From: Alphaproteobacteria bacterium
GTDB taxonomy: Bacteria > Pseudomonadota > Alphaproteobacteria > Bin95
Direction of reading: 5' to 3'
DNA length: 64,000 bases
NCBI GenBank assembly: GCA_965205265.1
Contig: CBDBGH010000003.1
Location: 1,952,001-2,016,000 of the forward strand
Every line of letters starts with the position of its first letter. Positions within the stretch are counted from its first letter, which is position 1. Positions 1 to 10,430 of the stretch are shown here, piece after piece. The position numbers and the translations under genes were made by a program. The notes beneath the pieces were generated by a model that was not told the origin of the DNA, made no database searches, and saw nothing but the letters and a program-made list of their open reading frames with translations.

Positions 1-1
1 C

Positions 2-349
2 CGCCGGCTCGAGGAACGCCTGGCTCCGGGCGGACCCCGCCTTCCCGCGGAATACCGCCTCCGCGTTCAACTGCGTTCTTCTTCCGCCGGCTCGCTCATC
101 GGCAAGAGCGAGAACGTAACCCGCACGGACCTCAGGCTCACCGCCGAGTTCGAGCTCACGAAGCGCGGCGGCGACCGGCCGGTGCTGCGCGGCTGGGCGC
201 GCTCCGTGCATAGCCACGATGTCCTCCAGTCCGCCTTTGCGACGCGGGCGGCGGAACGCGCGGCGCGCGACCGCGGCGTCGATGCGTTGAGCGCCCAGAT
301 CGCGCGCCGCCTCGCACTCTTTTTCCGCAGCGGGGAACCGGCCGGATGA
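2..349 (+). CDS. lptE: LPS assembly lipoprotein LptE-like, 5'-truncated by window edge
   Basis: Open frame RRLEERLAPGG..YRLRVQL..TRTDLRLTAEFEL..AARDRGVDALSAQIARRLALFF*. TGA overlaps the holA ATG (ATGA); lptE-holA is the usual gene order. Confidence 0.7.
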   Translation, partial: RRLEERLAPGGPRLPAEYRLRVQLRSSSAGSLIGKSENVTRTDLRLTAEFELTKRGGDRPVLRGWARSVHSHDVLQSAFATRAAERAARDRGVDALSAQIARRLALFFRSGEPAG

Positions 350-1488
350 AGCTCGCCGGCCGGCAGGTTGCCGCGTTCCTGCGCGATGCGCCGCCGCCCG
401 AACTGCTCGCCGTCCTTCTCTACGGACCCGACGAGGGGCTGGTACGGGAGCGCGCACGCCTGCTGGCCGGCAAGGTCGTCGAGGACATCCGGGACCCCTT
501 CCGGGTCGCGACGGTCACCGGGCCGGACCTGAAGGCGGACCCGGCCCTGCTGGCCGACGAGGCGGCCGCCATTTCGCTTACCGGCGGCAAACGGCTGGTG
601 AGGCTGCGCGCCGCCGGCGACGATTGCGCGAAGGCGCTGGAGGCCGTCCTGGACGGTCCCGCCGCCGAGGCGCTCATCGTCGTCGAAGCGGGCGATCTTC
701 CGCCGCGCTCCAGGCTGCGCAAGCTGGCCGAGGCGCACGGCCGCGCCGCCGCCCTGCCCTGCTACGCCGATGACGACGACGCTGTCTCCCGGCTGGTGGA
801 GCACGCCGTGCGAAGCACCGGCGCAAGAATCGATCCGGATGCGCTCGCCTTCGCCGTGGACCATCTCGGCAACGACCGGATGACGACCCGCATGGAGGCG
901 GAAAAGCTCGCGCTCTACGCCGGCGAGGGCGGCACGGTCTCGCTCGAGGACGCCATGGCCTGCATCGGCGATGCCGCCGTGCTTTCCCTGGACGACATCG
1001 CCTTCGCCGTAGGCGCGGGCGACCTGCCGGCGCTCTCGACCGCACTCGACCGGGCAGCCGCCGAAACCGCGGCGCCCGTTTCGATCCTGCGCGCCGCGGG
1101 GCGCCACTTCCAGCGGCTGGATACGGCGCAGGCGCTCATCGCCGCCGGCGCGGATGAGCGAAGCGCCATGACGCGGTTGCGGCCTCCGGTCTTCTTCCGG
1201 CGCAGGGAAGCGTTTCGCCGCCAGCTCCGCCGATGGCCGCAAGGCCGCATCCTTGCCGCCCTGGCGCGGCTGAACCGGGCGGAAATCGACTGCAAGACCA
1301 CCGGCCTCCCGGACCGGGCGATCGCCGAGCGCACCCTGTTCGAGCTGGCCCGCGCGGGCGCTCAGGCCGCCCCGGCAATGGCGAGGAAATCGGCAGCGGA
1401 CAGGCTCGCGCCGCCGACCAGCGCGCCGTCCACATCGCAAGGCGCCAGCAGGGCCGCCGCGTTGTCGGGCTTGACCGAGCCTCCGTAG
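346..1488 (+). CDS. holA: DNA polymerase III delta subunit
   Basis: [54 protein letters not shown] and EIDCKTTG motifs of alphaproteobacterial HolA. Confidence 0.92.
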   Translation: MKLAGRQVAAFLRDAPPPELLAVLLYGPDEGLVRERARLLAGKVVEDIRDPFRVATVTGPDLKADPALLADEAAAISLTGGKRLVRLRAAGDDCAKALEAVLDGPAAEALIVVEAGDLPPRSRLRKLAEAHGRAAALPCYADDDDAVSRLVEHAVRSTGARIDPDALAFAVDHLGNDRMTTRMEAEKLALYAGEGGTVSLEDAMACIGDAAVLSLDDIAFAVGAGDLPALSTALDRAAAETAAPVSILRAAGRHFQRLDTAQALIAAGADERSAMTRLRPPVFFRRREAFRRQLRRWPQGRILAALARLNRAEIDCKTTGLPDRAIAERTLFELARAGAQAAPAMARKSAADRLAPPTSAPSTSQGASRAAALSGLTEPP

Positions 1489-2096
1489 AGAATGCGGGTC
1501 CCTGCGCCCCGCTCGCCGAGCGCAGCGCGCAACGCGGCATGGACGGCAACGATCTCATCGACCGTCGGCGTGCGCCCTGTGCCGATGGCCCAGACCGGTT
1601 CGTAAGCGACGACCGTGTTCTCCGGCCGGGCGCCTTCCGGCAGGGAGCCCAGAAGGCTTGCCGCCACGACCGCCTCAGCCCGGCCGGCATCCCGCTCCCC
1701 GGCGGTCTCGCCGACGCAGACGATGGCGACAAGACCCGCCCGGTGCACCGCCGCCGCCTTCGCGCGCACGATGGCATCCGACTCGCCGTGGCCGGCGCGG
1801 CGCTCGGAATGGCCGGCGATGACATGAGAGCAGCCGGCATCGGCCAGCATCGCGGCCGAAATGTCGCCGGTATGCGCTCCGGCCTCCTCCGCGTGGCAGT
1901 CCTGCCCGCCGAGCGCCACCCGGCTGCCGGAGAGCACAGACGCGACCGGGGCCAGCAGGGTGGCCGGCGGACAGACCAGCAGCTCCGCCGCGCCTTCCGT
2001 CGCAGCGGCCAGCGACCGCGCGAGCGCAAGGCCGTCGGCGGCGAGGCCGTTCATCTTCCAGTTGCCCGCAATCAGCGGGCGGCGCGCGGCGGTCAT
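1362..2096 (-). CDS. tpiA: triosephosphate isomerase
   Basis: [42 protein letters not shown]. Start overlaps the mcd stop (ATGA). Confidence 0.97.
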   Translation of the reverse strand: MTAARRPLIAGNWKMNGLAADGLALARSLAAATEGAAELLVCPPATLLAPVASVLSGSRVALGGQDCHAEEAGAHTGDISAAMLADAGCSHVIAGHSERRAGHGESDAIVRAKAAAVHRAGLVAIVCVGETAGERDAGRAEAVVAASLLGSLPEGARPENTVVAYEPVWAIGTGRTPTVDEIVAVHAALRAALGERGAGTRILYGGSVKPDNAAALLAPCDVDGALVGGASLSAADFLAIAGAA

Positions 2097-3445
2097 CGGG
2101 CCTTCTTCTCCTGTTTGCCGGCGAGCGCGCGTACGGCCGACGACATGGCGATCCGTCCTTCGCCCTTGTAGGCCTCGTGGTTCGCCTCGATCATGTCGCT
2201 CCGGTAGAGATAGTTGATCATCACGCCGGCCGACTGCGCCCGCCCGGCGTCGGAGACATTCGCCATCCAGTTGAGCCGCTCCATGCGCGCCCCGTTCGAA
2301 AGGTGGAAATGCGCGACCGGATCGGCCGCCCTGCCCTTGCGCCGGGCGTGGACGAGATAGCGCGCAACCGCCCGCAGCACCGGCCCCTTCGCGGCCTCGG
2401 CGGCCTCCGGGTCCTCCCACCATCCCGGCTTTGCGAGAGCGGCCTGCACAGCATGGTCGGGATTGTCCTTCAACCAGCGCCCGAAGCCCGGAATCGGCGA
2501 AAGCGTGGCGAAGGTCTTCAGGTTGGGCAATTCCGCGCGCAGATCGTCCACCACGCGCTTGATGAGGAAATCGCCGAACGCAATGCCGGCAAGGCCGCGC
2601 TGGGCGTTGGAGATCGAATAGAAGACCGCCGTGTCCGCCCGCGATGCATCGCCGACCGGGCTCTCCTCGTCGAGCAAAGCGTGGACATTGTCCGCAAGCC
2701 CCGTCTCCAGCGCGACCTCGACGAAGATCAGCGGCTCGTCCGGCATGCTCGGGTGGAAGAAGGCGTAGCAGCGCCGGTCCGAGTCGAGCCGGTTTTTCAG
2801 GTCCTGCCAGCTCCGGATGGCATGCACCGCTTCGTAGTCGATCAGCTTTTCCAACAGCGAGGCCGGGGCGTTCCAGTCAATCCGCCTGAGCTCCAGGAAG
2901 CCCGCATCGAACCAGCTCGCAAGCAGGTGCTTCAGGTCCTTCTCCAGGCCCGAGAGCGCGGCATCGTCGCGTGCCAAGCGCATGAGGTCGTAGCGCAGGT
3001 CCACCAGGAACTTCACGCCATCGGTCAACGCATTGAACTGCCGCAGCAGGCGTTCGCGCGGCGCATTCAGGGCATCCCGGAGCGCCTCTTCCGCAGCCGT
3101 CCGGCCTTCAGGCGCCACTGCTTCCAGCGCCGCAACCGCCCGGCCGAGCGCCGCCGGGTCCCGGTCGAACTCGGTCGCCAGAATGGTGAGGTAGCGGCGG
3201 CGACCGGTCTCCGATAACTGCAGGTAGGCCCTGCCGAGCTCGGCCGCGCGGCCGCGCGCGGAGACCTCCCCGCCCCGGCCTTCCAGACAGGCCCGGAAAC
3301 GCTCGCGTATGCGTTCCGCATCGCCCTTCGTCAGGTCCGGGTCGGGGTCGAGGCCGTCGCTGCCGATGAGCCCCCGCACGGCTTCCTTCAGGCCTGCGAG
3401 CGTGCGGTCGAACAGTCGGGAAACTTCTGCTTCTGACTGGCTCAT
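2093..3445 (-). CDS. malonyl-CoA decarboxylase
   Basis: [64 protein letters not shown]. Confidence 0.93.
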   Translation of the reverse strand: MSQSEAEVSRLFDRTLAGLKEAVRGLIGSDGLDPDPDLTKGDAERIRERFRACLEGRGGEVSARGRAAELGRAYLQLSETGRRRYLTILATEFDRDPAALGRAVAALEAVAPEGRTAAEEALRDALNAPRERLLRQFNALTDGVKFLVDLRYDLMRLARDDAALSGLEKDLKHLLASWFDAGFLELRRIDWNAPASLLEKLIDYEAVHAIRSWQDLKNRLDSDRRCYAFFHPSMPDEPLIFVEVALETGLADNVHALLDEESPVGDASRADTAVFYSISNAQRGLAGIAFGDFLIKRVVDDLRAELPNLKTFATLSPIPGFGRWLKDNPDHAVQAALAKPGWWEDPEAAEAAKGPVLRAVARYLVHARRKGRAADPVAHFHLSNGARMERLNWMANVSDAGRAQSAGVMINYLYRSDMIEANHEAYKGEGRIAMSSAVRALAGKQEKKAR

Positions 3446-4914
3446 GTCGCGTGCATCCTGCGGAGAACGGTCGGCAACATGTCCGGCAGGTCCTCCGCAA
3501 TCAAGCCCGGCCCGAAGGCCGCCGCCGCCTCTCCATGCAGCCACGTTGCCGCAGCTCCCGCCTCGAAGGCGGACATGCCCTGCGCCATCAGGCCCAGCGC
3601 CATGCCGGCCAGCACGTCGCCGCTGCCGGCCGTCGCGAGCCAGGGCGGGCCATTCGTCGAAATCGCGGCCCGCCCGTCCGGCGCGGCAATCACGCTGTCC
3701 GCCCCCTTGAGCAGGACGGTCCAGCCGCTCGCCGCCGCGGCCGCGCGCGCCCTCGCGAGTCGGTCGCCGCCGAACCGGAAGAGGCGCGCGAACTCGCCGT
3801 CATGAGGCGTCAGCAACCCGGCGCCGCCCCTGCCTTCCGGCAGCCGTCCGGCCATCGCCGTCAACGCATCGGCATCGAGCACGACCGCTCCGGCGCGCGC
3901 GCAGGCCGCTTCCACGGCGTCTGCCGTTTCGGGGCCGAGGCCGGCGCCGGGCCCGACCAGCACGGCATTCTTGCGCCCGTCCTCCAGCAGGCGCCGGAAG
4001 TCCTCCGGCCCGCTGCGCCGCACGACCAGCGCGCCGGGCAGCGAAACCGCATAGACCGGCCAGGCCTTATCGGGCGCGGAAACCGTCACCAGGCCCGCGC
4101 CGGCGCGCATGGCGCCCCTTGCCGCCAGCCGGGCCGCGCCGGTCGTGTCCGCCCCGCCCCAGACGACCGCATGGCCGCGCGTGTATTTGTGGCTCTCCGG
4201 CCCTGGAACGGGCAGCCTCCACGAATCCGGGCCGTTCTCGAAGGCGGTAGGGCCGATATCGTCCAGCACCGCCTCCGGAATGCCGATATCGGCAACCTCG
4301 ACCTCGCCGCAATGGAGCCGCCCCGGCAGCAGCAGATGGCCCGGCTTCTTGCGGAAGAAGGTGACCGTGAGCGCCGCGCGGGGCGCATGGCCCAGCACCG
4401 CGCCGCTATCTCCGGCAATGCCGCTCGGCAGGTCCACCGCCACCAGCGGCAGGCTCTCCGCCGCTTCCAGAACCTCCCTTGCGGCACCCGAAACCGGCCG
4501 TTTCAGCCCGGCCCCAAAGAGGGCGTCGATGACGAGTCTGGCATCGCCCAGCACTGCGGGATCGAGCGGTTCGACCGGACCGGGCCAGCTTCGCGCCGCC
4601 TCGGCCGCATCGCCGGACAACGCCTCGCGCCGGCCCAGCAGCGCCACGCGCACCGGCCAGCCGGCAGCCTGCAGCCGTTCCGCCGCGATGAAGCCGTCGC
4701 CGCCATTGTTGCCGGGCCCCGCCAGCACCAGCACGGGCCGCGGACTCCAGCGCCGGCGCACCGCGTCGGCGATGGCGACGCCGGCATTGCGCATCAGCTC
4801 GAAGCCCGGATGCCCGCGGTCTGCCGCCAGCCGGTCGGCCCGGCCCATCTCTTCGACCGTCAGCAGGGCCGGGCGGCCGCGCATTGCGGGAGCAGCCGGT
4901 TCGTTCAGTCCCAT
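3442..4914 (-). CDS. nnr: bifunctional NAD(P)H-hydrate epimerase/dehydratase (YjeF N+C); start may be 4884
   Basis: GPGNNGGDG, IDALFGAGL, AVDLPSG, HKYTRGH, VLDADAL, LTPHDGEF, LATAGSGDVLAG. Confidence 0.93.
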   Translation of the reverse strand: MGLNEPAAPAMRGRPALLTVEEMGRADRLAADRGHPGFELMRNAGVAIADAVRRRWSPRPVLVLAGPGNNGGDGFIAAERLQAAGWPVRVALLGRREALSGDAAEAARSWPGPVEPLDPAVLGDARLVIDALFGAGLKRPVSGAAREVLEAAESLPLVAVDLPSGIAGDSGAVLGHAPRAALTVTFFRKKPGHLLLPGRLHCGEVEVADIGIPEAVLDDIGPTAFENGPDSWRLPVPGPESHKYTRGHAVVWGGADTTGAARLAARGAMRAGAGLVTVSAPDKAWPVYAVSLPGALVVRRSGPEDFRRLLEDGRKNAVLVGPGAGLGPETADAVEAACARAGAVVLDADALTAMAGRLPEGRGGAGLLTPHDGEFARLFRFGGDRLARARAAAAASGWTVLLKGADSVIAAPDGRAAISTNGPPWLATAGSGDVLAGMALGLMAQGMSAFEAGAAATWLHGEAAAAFGPGLIAEDLPDMLPTVLRRMHAT

Positions 4915-5594
4915 TCCATGACACGCCTGCCATGGAGCGTCTTCACGACCGGCACCGGGCGGCTCATGTCGTGCAGCCTGTCCTCGGCGAGGCGGGCCTC
5001 GATTTCCCTGAGCACGAGCGCGGTAATCGGCCGGAGCTTGAGGCGCTGCGCATCGGCAAGCCGGACCCAGTGCAGCTTCAGCAGCTCGCCCGAGCCCTCG
5101 CTCAGGTCGCCCCGCACATGCTCGGCGTCGATCACGAAAAACCTCGCGTTGAAACGACGCGGACGGCCGGGCGGCGTGACAGCCCGGTGGATGTAGGTCA
5201 GCCTGTCGAGCGCCGGGGCGTGGCCGCTGTCGTAGAAATGCCGCCAGTCATCCGAAAGGCCGGCGGGCCGCATGCCGTTGACGGGCTCGCCCACGATCAA
5301 CCCCGCTTCCTCGAAGGTCTCGCGCACCGCCGCCAGCGCCAGCGCCCTCGCCCGACGCGCGGTCGCGGACGAACGCAGCCTTTGTTCGACCTCCGGGCGC
5401 AGTTCCCGGGCGGCAGGCGCATGGCCGTCCTGGCGATCCACCCTGCCGCCGGGAAAGACATAGTGCTCCGGGTAGAAGACGTGGCCCTGCGAGCGCTCGC
5501 CCATCACCACCTCGCCGGTTTCCCGGCGGAGGATGACAAGGGTGGCCGCGTCGCGGATCGGCGTTCTGGGCCGCCGGTCGCCGCCTGCCTTCAT
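4905..5594 (-). CDS. NUDIX hydrolase
   Basis: RDAATLVIL, YVFPGGRVD..D, AAVRETFEEAG Nudix box, TPPGRPRRFNARFF. Confidence 0.88.
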   Translation of the reverse strand: MKAGGDRRPRTPIRDAATLVILRRETGEVVMGERSQGHVFYPEHYVFPGGRVDRQDGHAPAARELRPEVEQRLRSSATARRARALALAAVRETFEEAGLIVGEPVNGMRPAGLSDDWRHFYDSGHAPALDRLTYIHRAVTPPGRPRRFNARFFVIDAEHVRGDLSEGSGELLKLHWVRLADAQRLKLRPITALVLREIEARLAEDRLHDMSRPVPVVKTLHGRRVMEWD

Positions 5595-5618
5595 CCGCGC
5601 CCCGCCCCGGACGGGCCG

Positions 5619-5696
5619 TGGGGTGCCCAACCGGATTTGAACCGGTGACCTCCTGGACCACAACCAGGCGCTCTAACCGACTGAGCTATGGGCACC
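5619..5696 (-). tRNA. tRNA-His(GTG) with encoded CCA and genomic G-1
   Basis: Minus strand G-GTGCCCA-TAGCTCAGTCGGTTAGAGC-G-CCTGG-TTGTGGT-CCAGG-AGGTC-ACCGG-TTCAAAT-CCGGT-TGGGCAC-C-CCA: complete cloverleaf, anticodon GTG. Confidence 0.96.
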
Positions 5697-5831
5697 ACGC
5701 GGAAAGCCTCGCAAGGAAGGACGCCATCTAGGCCGTCCACCCCCCGAAGGTCAAGACCGGGGGCGGTTTCGTCCATAGCCGCCGCAGCCCGGACCGGCTA
5801 ACCTTTCGTCCACCGACCGGCGCCTGTCCCC

Positions 5832-7106
5832 ATGCACACGCTCCTCTTTCTCGAGCCCGGCCACTTCCACGCCGCTCTCACCCTGCGCGCGGCGAACCCG
5901 CGGATCGACCCCACCGTCCACCTCTATGCCCGCCCCGGCCCGGAACGCGACGCCTTCATGGCCCTGGTCGGCTCGTTCAATGCGCGGGACGACCGGCCGA
6001 CGGGCTGGAACATCCGGACCCACGAAGCGGCCGACCCGGAGCGGGCCCTGGTCGAGGAGCGGCGCGGAGACATCGTCGTCCTTGCCGGGCGCAACCGGCC
6101 GAAGCTCGGCGCCATCGCGCGCCTGCATGCGGCGGGCCTGCATGTGCTCGCCGACAAGCCCTGGCTGACCGAAAGCGCGGCGCTGCCGGATCTGGAACGG
6201 GCGACGGCGGGCTGGCCGCTCGCCATGGACATCATGACCTTTCGCCATGAGGCGGCGGCGCGTCTCACGCAGAAGATCGCGGCGGACCCGGACCTGTTAG
6301 GCGCCCTTGGCGGGCAGACGGACGAGCCCGCCATCGACATCCAGTCCGTTCACCATCTGCTCAAGATCGTGAACGGCGCGCCGCTCCGGCGGCCCTCCTG
6401 GTATTACGACACCCGCATCCAGGGGGACGGGCTCGTCGATATCCAGTCCCACATGGCCGACCAGGCGCAGTGGATACTCGGCGACGGTCCGGGCTTCCTG
6501 TTCGAACGGGACTACGAGCTGGAGGACGCGCGCCGCTGGAGCACCCCGGTGCCGCGCGAACTCTTCGAGGCCAGCACCGGCCTCGACGAATTCCCGCAGG
6601 CGCTGGAGCCGCATGCGGAGGCCGGGGTGTTGCAACTCGCCTGCAACGGCGAAATCCGCTACCGGCTGCGGGGCGCGCCCGTCCGCCAGCGGGCGGAGTG
6701 GGGGCAGCGCGAGCCGGAGGGAGGCGGCGACGCGCACCGGACGACCGTCCGGGGCGAGCGGGCGGCGGTCATTGCGCGCCGCGGGCCCGAGACCGGCTTC
6801 CGGGCCGAGGTGCATGTCGCGCCGCGCGACGCGGGGCCCGGCTTCGAGGCCCGCCTTTCGGAGAAGCTCGCCGCCTGGGAGGCCGATATGCCCGGCCTGT
6901 CGCACCGCCCGTCTTCCCTCGGGCGCGAGATCGTCATCCCGGCCGCTCTCCACACGCCGCATGAAGCCCATTTCCCGATGGTGCTCGACGGTTTCCTCGA
7001 CCTTCTCGACGCGGGCGACTGGCCGGCTGCCCTCGCTGCCCGCATACGCGCACGCTACACGCTTCTCGCGCGGGCCCGAGAGCGATGCGCGCCGGCCGGC
7101 GGATAA
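5832..7106 (+). CDS. putative Gfo/Idh/MocA-like oxidoreductase (putative oxidoreductase C-terminal domain type)
   Basis: LEPGHFHAAL, VVLAGRNRPK, HVLADKPW, MDIMTFRHE, SVHHLLKIVNGAPLRRPSWYYD..QGDGLVDIQSH. Confidence 0.7.
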   Translation: MHTLLFLEPGHFHAALTLRAANPRIDPTVHLYARPGPERDAFMALVGSFNARDDRPTGWNIRTHEAADPERALVEERRGDIVVLAGRNRPKLGAIARLHAAGLHVLADKPWLTESAALPDLERATAGWPLAMDIMTFRHEAAARLTQKIAADPDLLGALGGQTDEPAIDIQSVHHLLKIVNGAPLRRPSWYYDTRIQGDGLVDIQSHMADQAQWILGDGPGFLFERDYELEDARRWSTPVPRELFEASTGLDEFPQALEPHAEAGVLQLACNGEIRYRLRGAPVRQRAEWGQREPEGGGDAHRTTVRGERAAVIARRGPETGFRAEVHVAPRDAGPGFEARLSEKLAAWEADMPGLSHRPSSLGREIVIPAALHTPHEAHFPMVLDGFLDLLDAGDWPAALAARIRARYTLLARARERCAPAGG

Positions 7107-7204
7107 CTGCATCAGAGCCTGGCGCCGACCCCCGGGGCATTGCGGCGGATTTCGCTTTCGGACATAGTCCGGCGCCTTCCGAAAAAGACAGGATACGGGC
7201 CGCC

Positions 7205-8368
7205 ATGCTTCGCCTTGCCGACAATCTGAACCGACTGGGGACCGAGACCGCCTTCGAGGTCCTGGCGCGGGCGGCGAAGCTGCAGGCGGAAGGCCGCGAC
7301 ATCATCAATCTCGGCATCGGGCAGCCGGACTTCAAAACGCCGCCCCATGTGGTCGAGGCGGCGGCGCAGGCGCTGCGCGACGGGCACCACGGCTACACGC
7401 CGGCCAACGGCATCCCGGCGCTGCGCGAGGCCGTGGCGGCGGATATCGCGCGCTTTCGCGGCGTCGAGGTCGATCCCGACCTGGTCATGATCATGCCCGG
7501 CGGCAAGCCGACCATGTTCTTCGCGATCATGATGTTCGGGGAGCCCGGCGCCGAGATCGTCTATCCGAACCCCGGCTTCCCGATCTACGAGTCGATGATC
7601 GAATATTCCGGCGCCACGCCCGTCGCGATGGCGCTGCATGAGGAGAACGGCTTCGCCTTCTCGGCCGACGAGGTGCTGGCGCAGATCGGCCCCGCGACGC
7701 GCCTCCTCATCCTGAACAGCCCCGCCAACCCGACCGGCGGCGTTGCGCCGAAGGCGGAGATTGACAAGCTGGTGGCCGGGCTCGAGGACCATCCGCACGT
7801 CGCGGTCCTCTCCGACGAGATCTACAGCCGGCTGCTCTACGAAGACAACGAGCATGTCTCGCTGCTCGGCTATGAGAGCCTGCGCGAGCGCACCATCCTC
7901 CTGGACGGCTGGAGCAAGACCTATGCGATGACGGGCTGGCGGCTCGGCTACAGCGTCTGGCCGAAGGCGCTCTTCCCGCTGGTGGAACGGCTCGCGGTCA
8001 ACTGCCATTCCTGCGTCAATGCGGCCACGCAATATGCCGGCATCGCCGCACTGAACGGGCCGCAGGACGCCGTGGAGACCATGCGCCGGGCCTTCGATGC
8101 ACGCCGGCGCATCATCGTGCGCGCGCTCAACCAGCTTCCGGGCTTCCGCTGCGTCGATCCGGGGGGCGCGTTCTACACCTTCCCCAATATCGAGGGCACC
8201 GGCATGAGCGCGCGCGAACTGCAGAGCCGGATGCTGGAGGAAGCGGGCGTCGCGACGGTGGCCGGCACCAGCTTCGGCGGGCATGGCGAGGGCTTCGTCC
8301 GGTTCTCCTACGCGGCGAGCGAGGAAGACATCGAACGCGCGGTCGAACGCATCCGCACCGTGCTCTGA
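7205..8368 (+). CDS. PLP-dependent aminotransferase class I/II (aspartate aminotransferase-like)
   Basis: INLGIGQPDF, LNSPANPTGG, LSDEIY, DGWSKTYAMTGWRLGY (PLP lysine), VRFSYA. Confidence 0.93.
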   Translation: MLRLADNLNRLGTETAFEVLARAAKLQAEGRDIINLGIGQPDFKTPPHVVEAAAQALRDGHHGYTPANGIPALREAVAADIARFRGVEVDPDLVMIMPGGKPTMFFAIMMFGEPGAEIVYPNPGFPIYESMIEYSGATPVAMALHEENGFAFSADEVLAQIGPATRLLILNSPANPTGGVAPKAEIDKLVAGLEDHPHVAVLSDEIYSRLLYEDNEHVSLLGYESLRERTILLDGWSKTYAMTGWRLGYSVWPKALFPLVERLAVNCHSCVNAATQYAGIAALNGPQDAVETMRRAFDARRRIIVRALNQLPGFRCVDPGGAFYTFPNIEGTGMSARELQSRMLEEAGVATVAGTSFGGHGEGFVRFSYAASEEDIERAVERIRTVL

Positions 8369-8369
8369 G

Positions 8370-8410
8370 CGCCCGTTCGGCAGGCAGTCCAGGCGCCCAA
8401 TGAATAGGCA
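8370..8410. promoter_or_regulatory. tandem putative NtrC-binding sites upstream of glnB
   Basis: Two related 17-mers, CGCCCGTTCGGCAGGCA (8370-8386) and CGCCCAATGAATAGGCA (8394-8410), loosely matching TGCAC-N7-GTGCA, about 100 bp upstream of a sigma54 box. An IHF-like AATCAAGGGATTT lies on the minus strand near 8452-8464. Confidence 0.55.
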
Positions 8411-8462
8411 TATGGCGAAAACATGTGCGTATTCGGTTTCCACACCTGCGGAAATCCCTTGA

Positions 8463-8888
<426 letters not shown>

Positions 8889-8935
8889 ACACCCGGCGCG
8901 AGCGCCTTCCGGAACAGAGAGGGAGCCCCTATCTC

Positions 8936-10357
8936 ATGTCGCTCAACTGCAAGACGCCCGAGGATGTGCTCAAGGCAATCCAGGACAACGATGTCCGCCA
9001 TGTGGACCTGCGCTTCACCGACCCGCGCGGCAAGTGGCAGCACACCGCCCAGTATGTGACGACCATGGACGAGGATGTCTTCGTGGACGGCATCTTCTTC
9101 GACGGCTCCTCCATCGCCGGCTGGAAGGACATCAACGAGTCCGACATGATCCTGATGCCGGACCCCACCACGGCCACCATGGACCCGTTCATGGCGGAGA
9201 ACACCATGGTGCTGTTCTGCGACGTGCACGAGCCGTCCACCGGCATGTCCTATGAACGCTGCCCGCGCTCGGTCGCCAAGAAGGCCGAGGCCTATATCCA
9301 GGAAGCGGGCATCGGCGACACCGCCTATTTCGGCCCGGAAGCCGAGTTCTTCGTGTTCGACGACGTGCGTTTCGACGTGTCGATGAACCGGACCTTCTAC
9401 ATGCTCGACAGCGCGGAAGGGCCCTATAACTCCGGCACGGAGTTCGAGGAAGGCAATCCCGGCCACCGCCCGGACGTGAAGGGCGGCTACTTCCCGGTCC
9501 CGCCCGTGGACAGCGGCGCGGACATGCGCTCCGAAATGGTCTCGACCATGGCCGAGATGGGCCTCGAAATGGAGAAGCACCATCACGAGGTGGCGCCCTC
9601 CCAGCATGAGCTCGGCCTCAAGTTCGGCACCCTGGTCGGAGCCGCCGACGCGCTGCAGATCTACAAATACGTGACCCATATGGTCGCGCACAGCTACGGC
9701 AAGACGGCGACCTTCATGCCGAAGCCGGTGATCGACGACAACGGGTCCGGCATGCATGTCCACCAGTCGGTCTGGAAGGACGGCCAGCCGCTCTTCGCCG
9801 GCCACGGCTATGCCGACCTCTCGGAGTTCGCGCTGCACTATATCGGCGGCATCATCCGGCATGCGAAGGCCATCAACGCCTTCTCCAACCCGCTCACCAA
9901 CTCCTACAAGCGTCTCATTCCGGGCTTCGAGGCGCCGGTGCTGCTGGCCTATTCGAGCCGCAACCGCTCGGCCTCCTGCCGCATCCCCTATGTGGCGAGC
10001 CCGAACGGCAAGCGCGTCGAGGTGCGCTTCCCCGATCCGGGGGCGAACCCCTATCTCGCCTTCGCGGCCATGCTGATGGCGGGCATCGACGGGGTCATCA
10101 ACAAGATCCATCCGGGCGAGCCGATGGACAAGAACCTCTACGACCTGCCGCCGGAGGAGCTGGAAGGCGTGCCGACCGTCTGCGGATCGCTCCGCGAAGC
10201 GCTCGGGAGCCTGGACGCGGACCGCTCGTTCCTCACACGCGGCGACGTGTTCTCCGACGACCTGATCGACGGCTATATCGACCTTAAATGGGAAGAGGTT
10301 TACGCCTTCGAGCACACGCCGCACCCGATCGAGTTCAAGATGTATTACAGCGTCTGA
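8936..10357 (+). CDS. glnA: glutamine synthetase type I
   Basis: [41 protein letters not shown], adenylylation motif NLYDLP. Confidence 0.98.
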   Translation: MSLNCKTPEDVLKAIQDNDVRHVDLRFTDPRGKWQHTAQYVTTMDEDVFVDGIFFDGSSIAGWKDINESDMILMPDPTTATMDPFMAENTMVLFCDVHEPSTGMSYERCPRSVAKKAEAYIQEAGIGDTAYFGPEAEFFVFDDVRFDVSMNRTFYMLDSAEGPYNSGTEFEEGNPGHRPDVKGGYFPVPPVDSGADMRSEMVSTMAEMGLEMEKHHHEVAPSQHELGLKFGTLVGAADALQIYKYVTHMVAHSYGKTATFMPKPVIDDNGSGMHVHQSVWKDGQPLFAGHGYADLSEFALHYIGGIIRHAKAINAFSNPLTNSYKRLIPGFEAPVLLAYSSRNRSASCRIPYVASPNGKRVEVRFPDPGANPYLAFAAMLMAGIDGVINKIHPGEPMDKNLYDLPPEELEGVPTVCGSLREALGSLDADRSFLTRGDVFSDDLIDGYIDLKWEEVYAFEHTPHPIEFKMYYSV

Positions 10358-10381
10358 CCGGGCGGCAGGCGGAAAACAGCG

Positions 10382-10413
10382 CGAAGCCCCGCCCCGGCGG
10401 GGCTTCGTCGTTT
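10382..10413. terminator. GC hairpin terminator between convergent glnA and acyl-CoA ligase
   Basis: CGAAGCCCCGC-CCCG-GCGGGGCTTCG (11-bp stem) followed by TCGTTT, 24 bp after the glnA stop. Confidence 0.7.
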
Positions 10414-10430
10414 GCGGGCCGGGGCCCTCC

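Noticed and set aside
5619-5832. tRNA-His as an integration site
   Set aside because: No integrase and no duplicated tRNA 3' end seen in the window.
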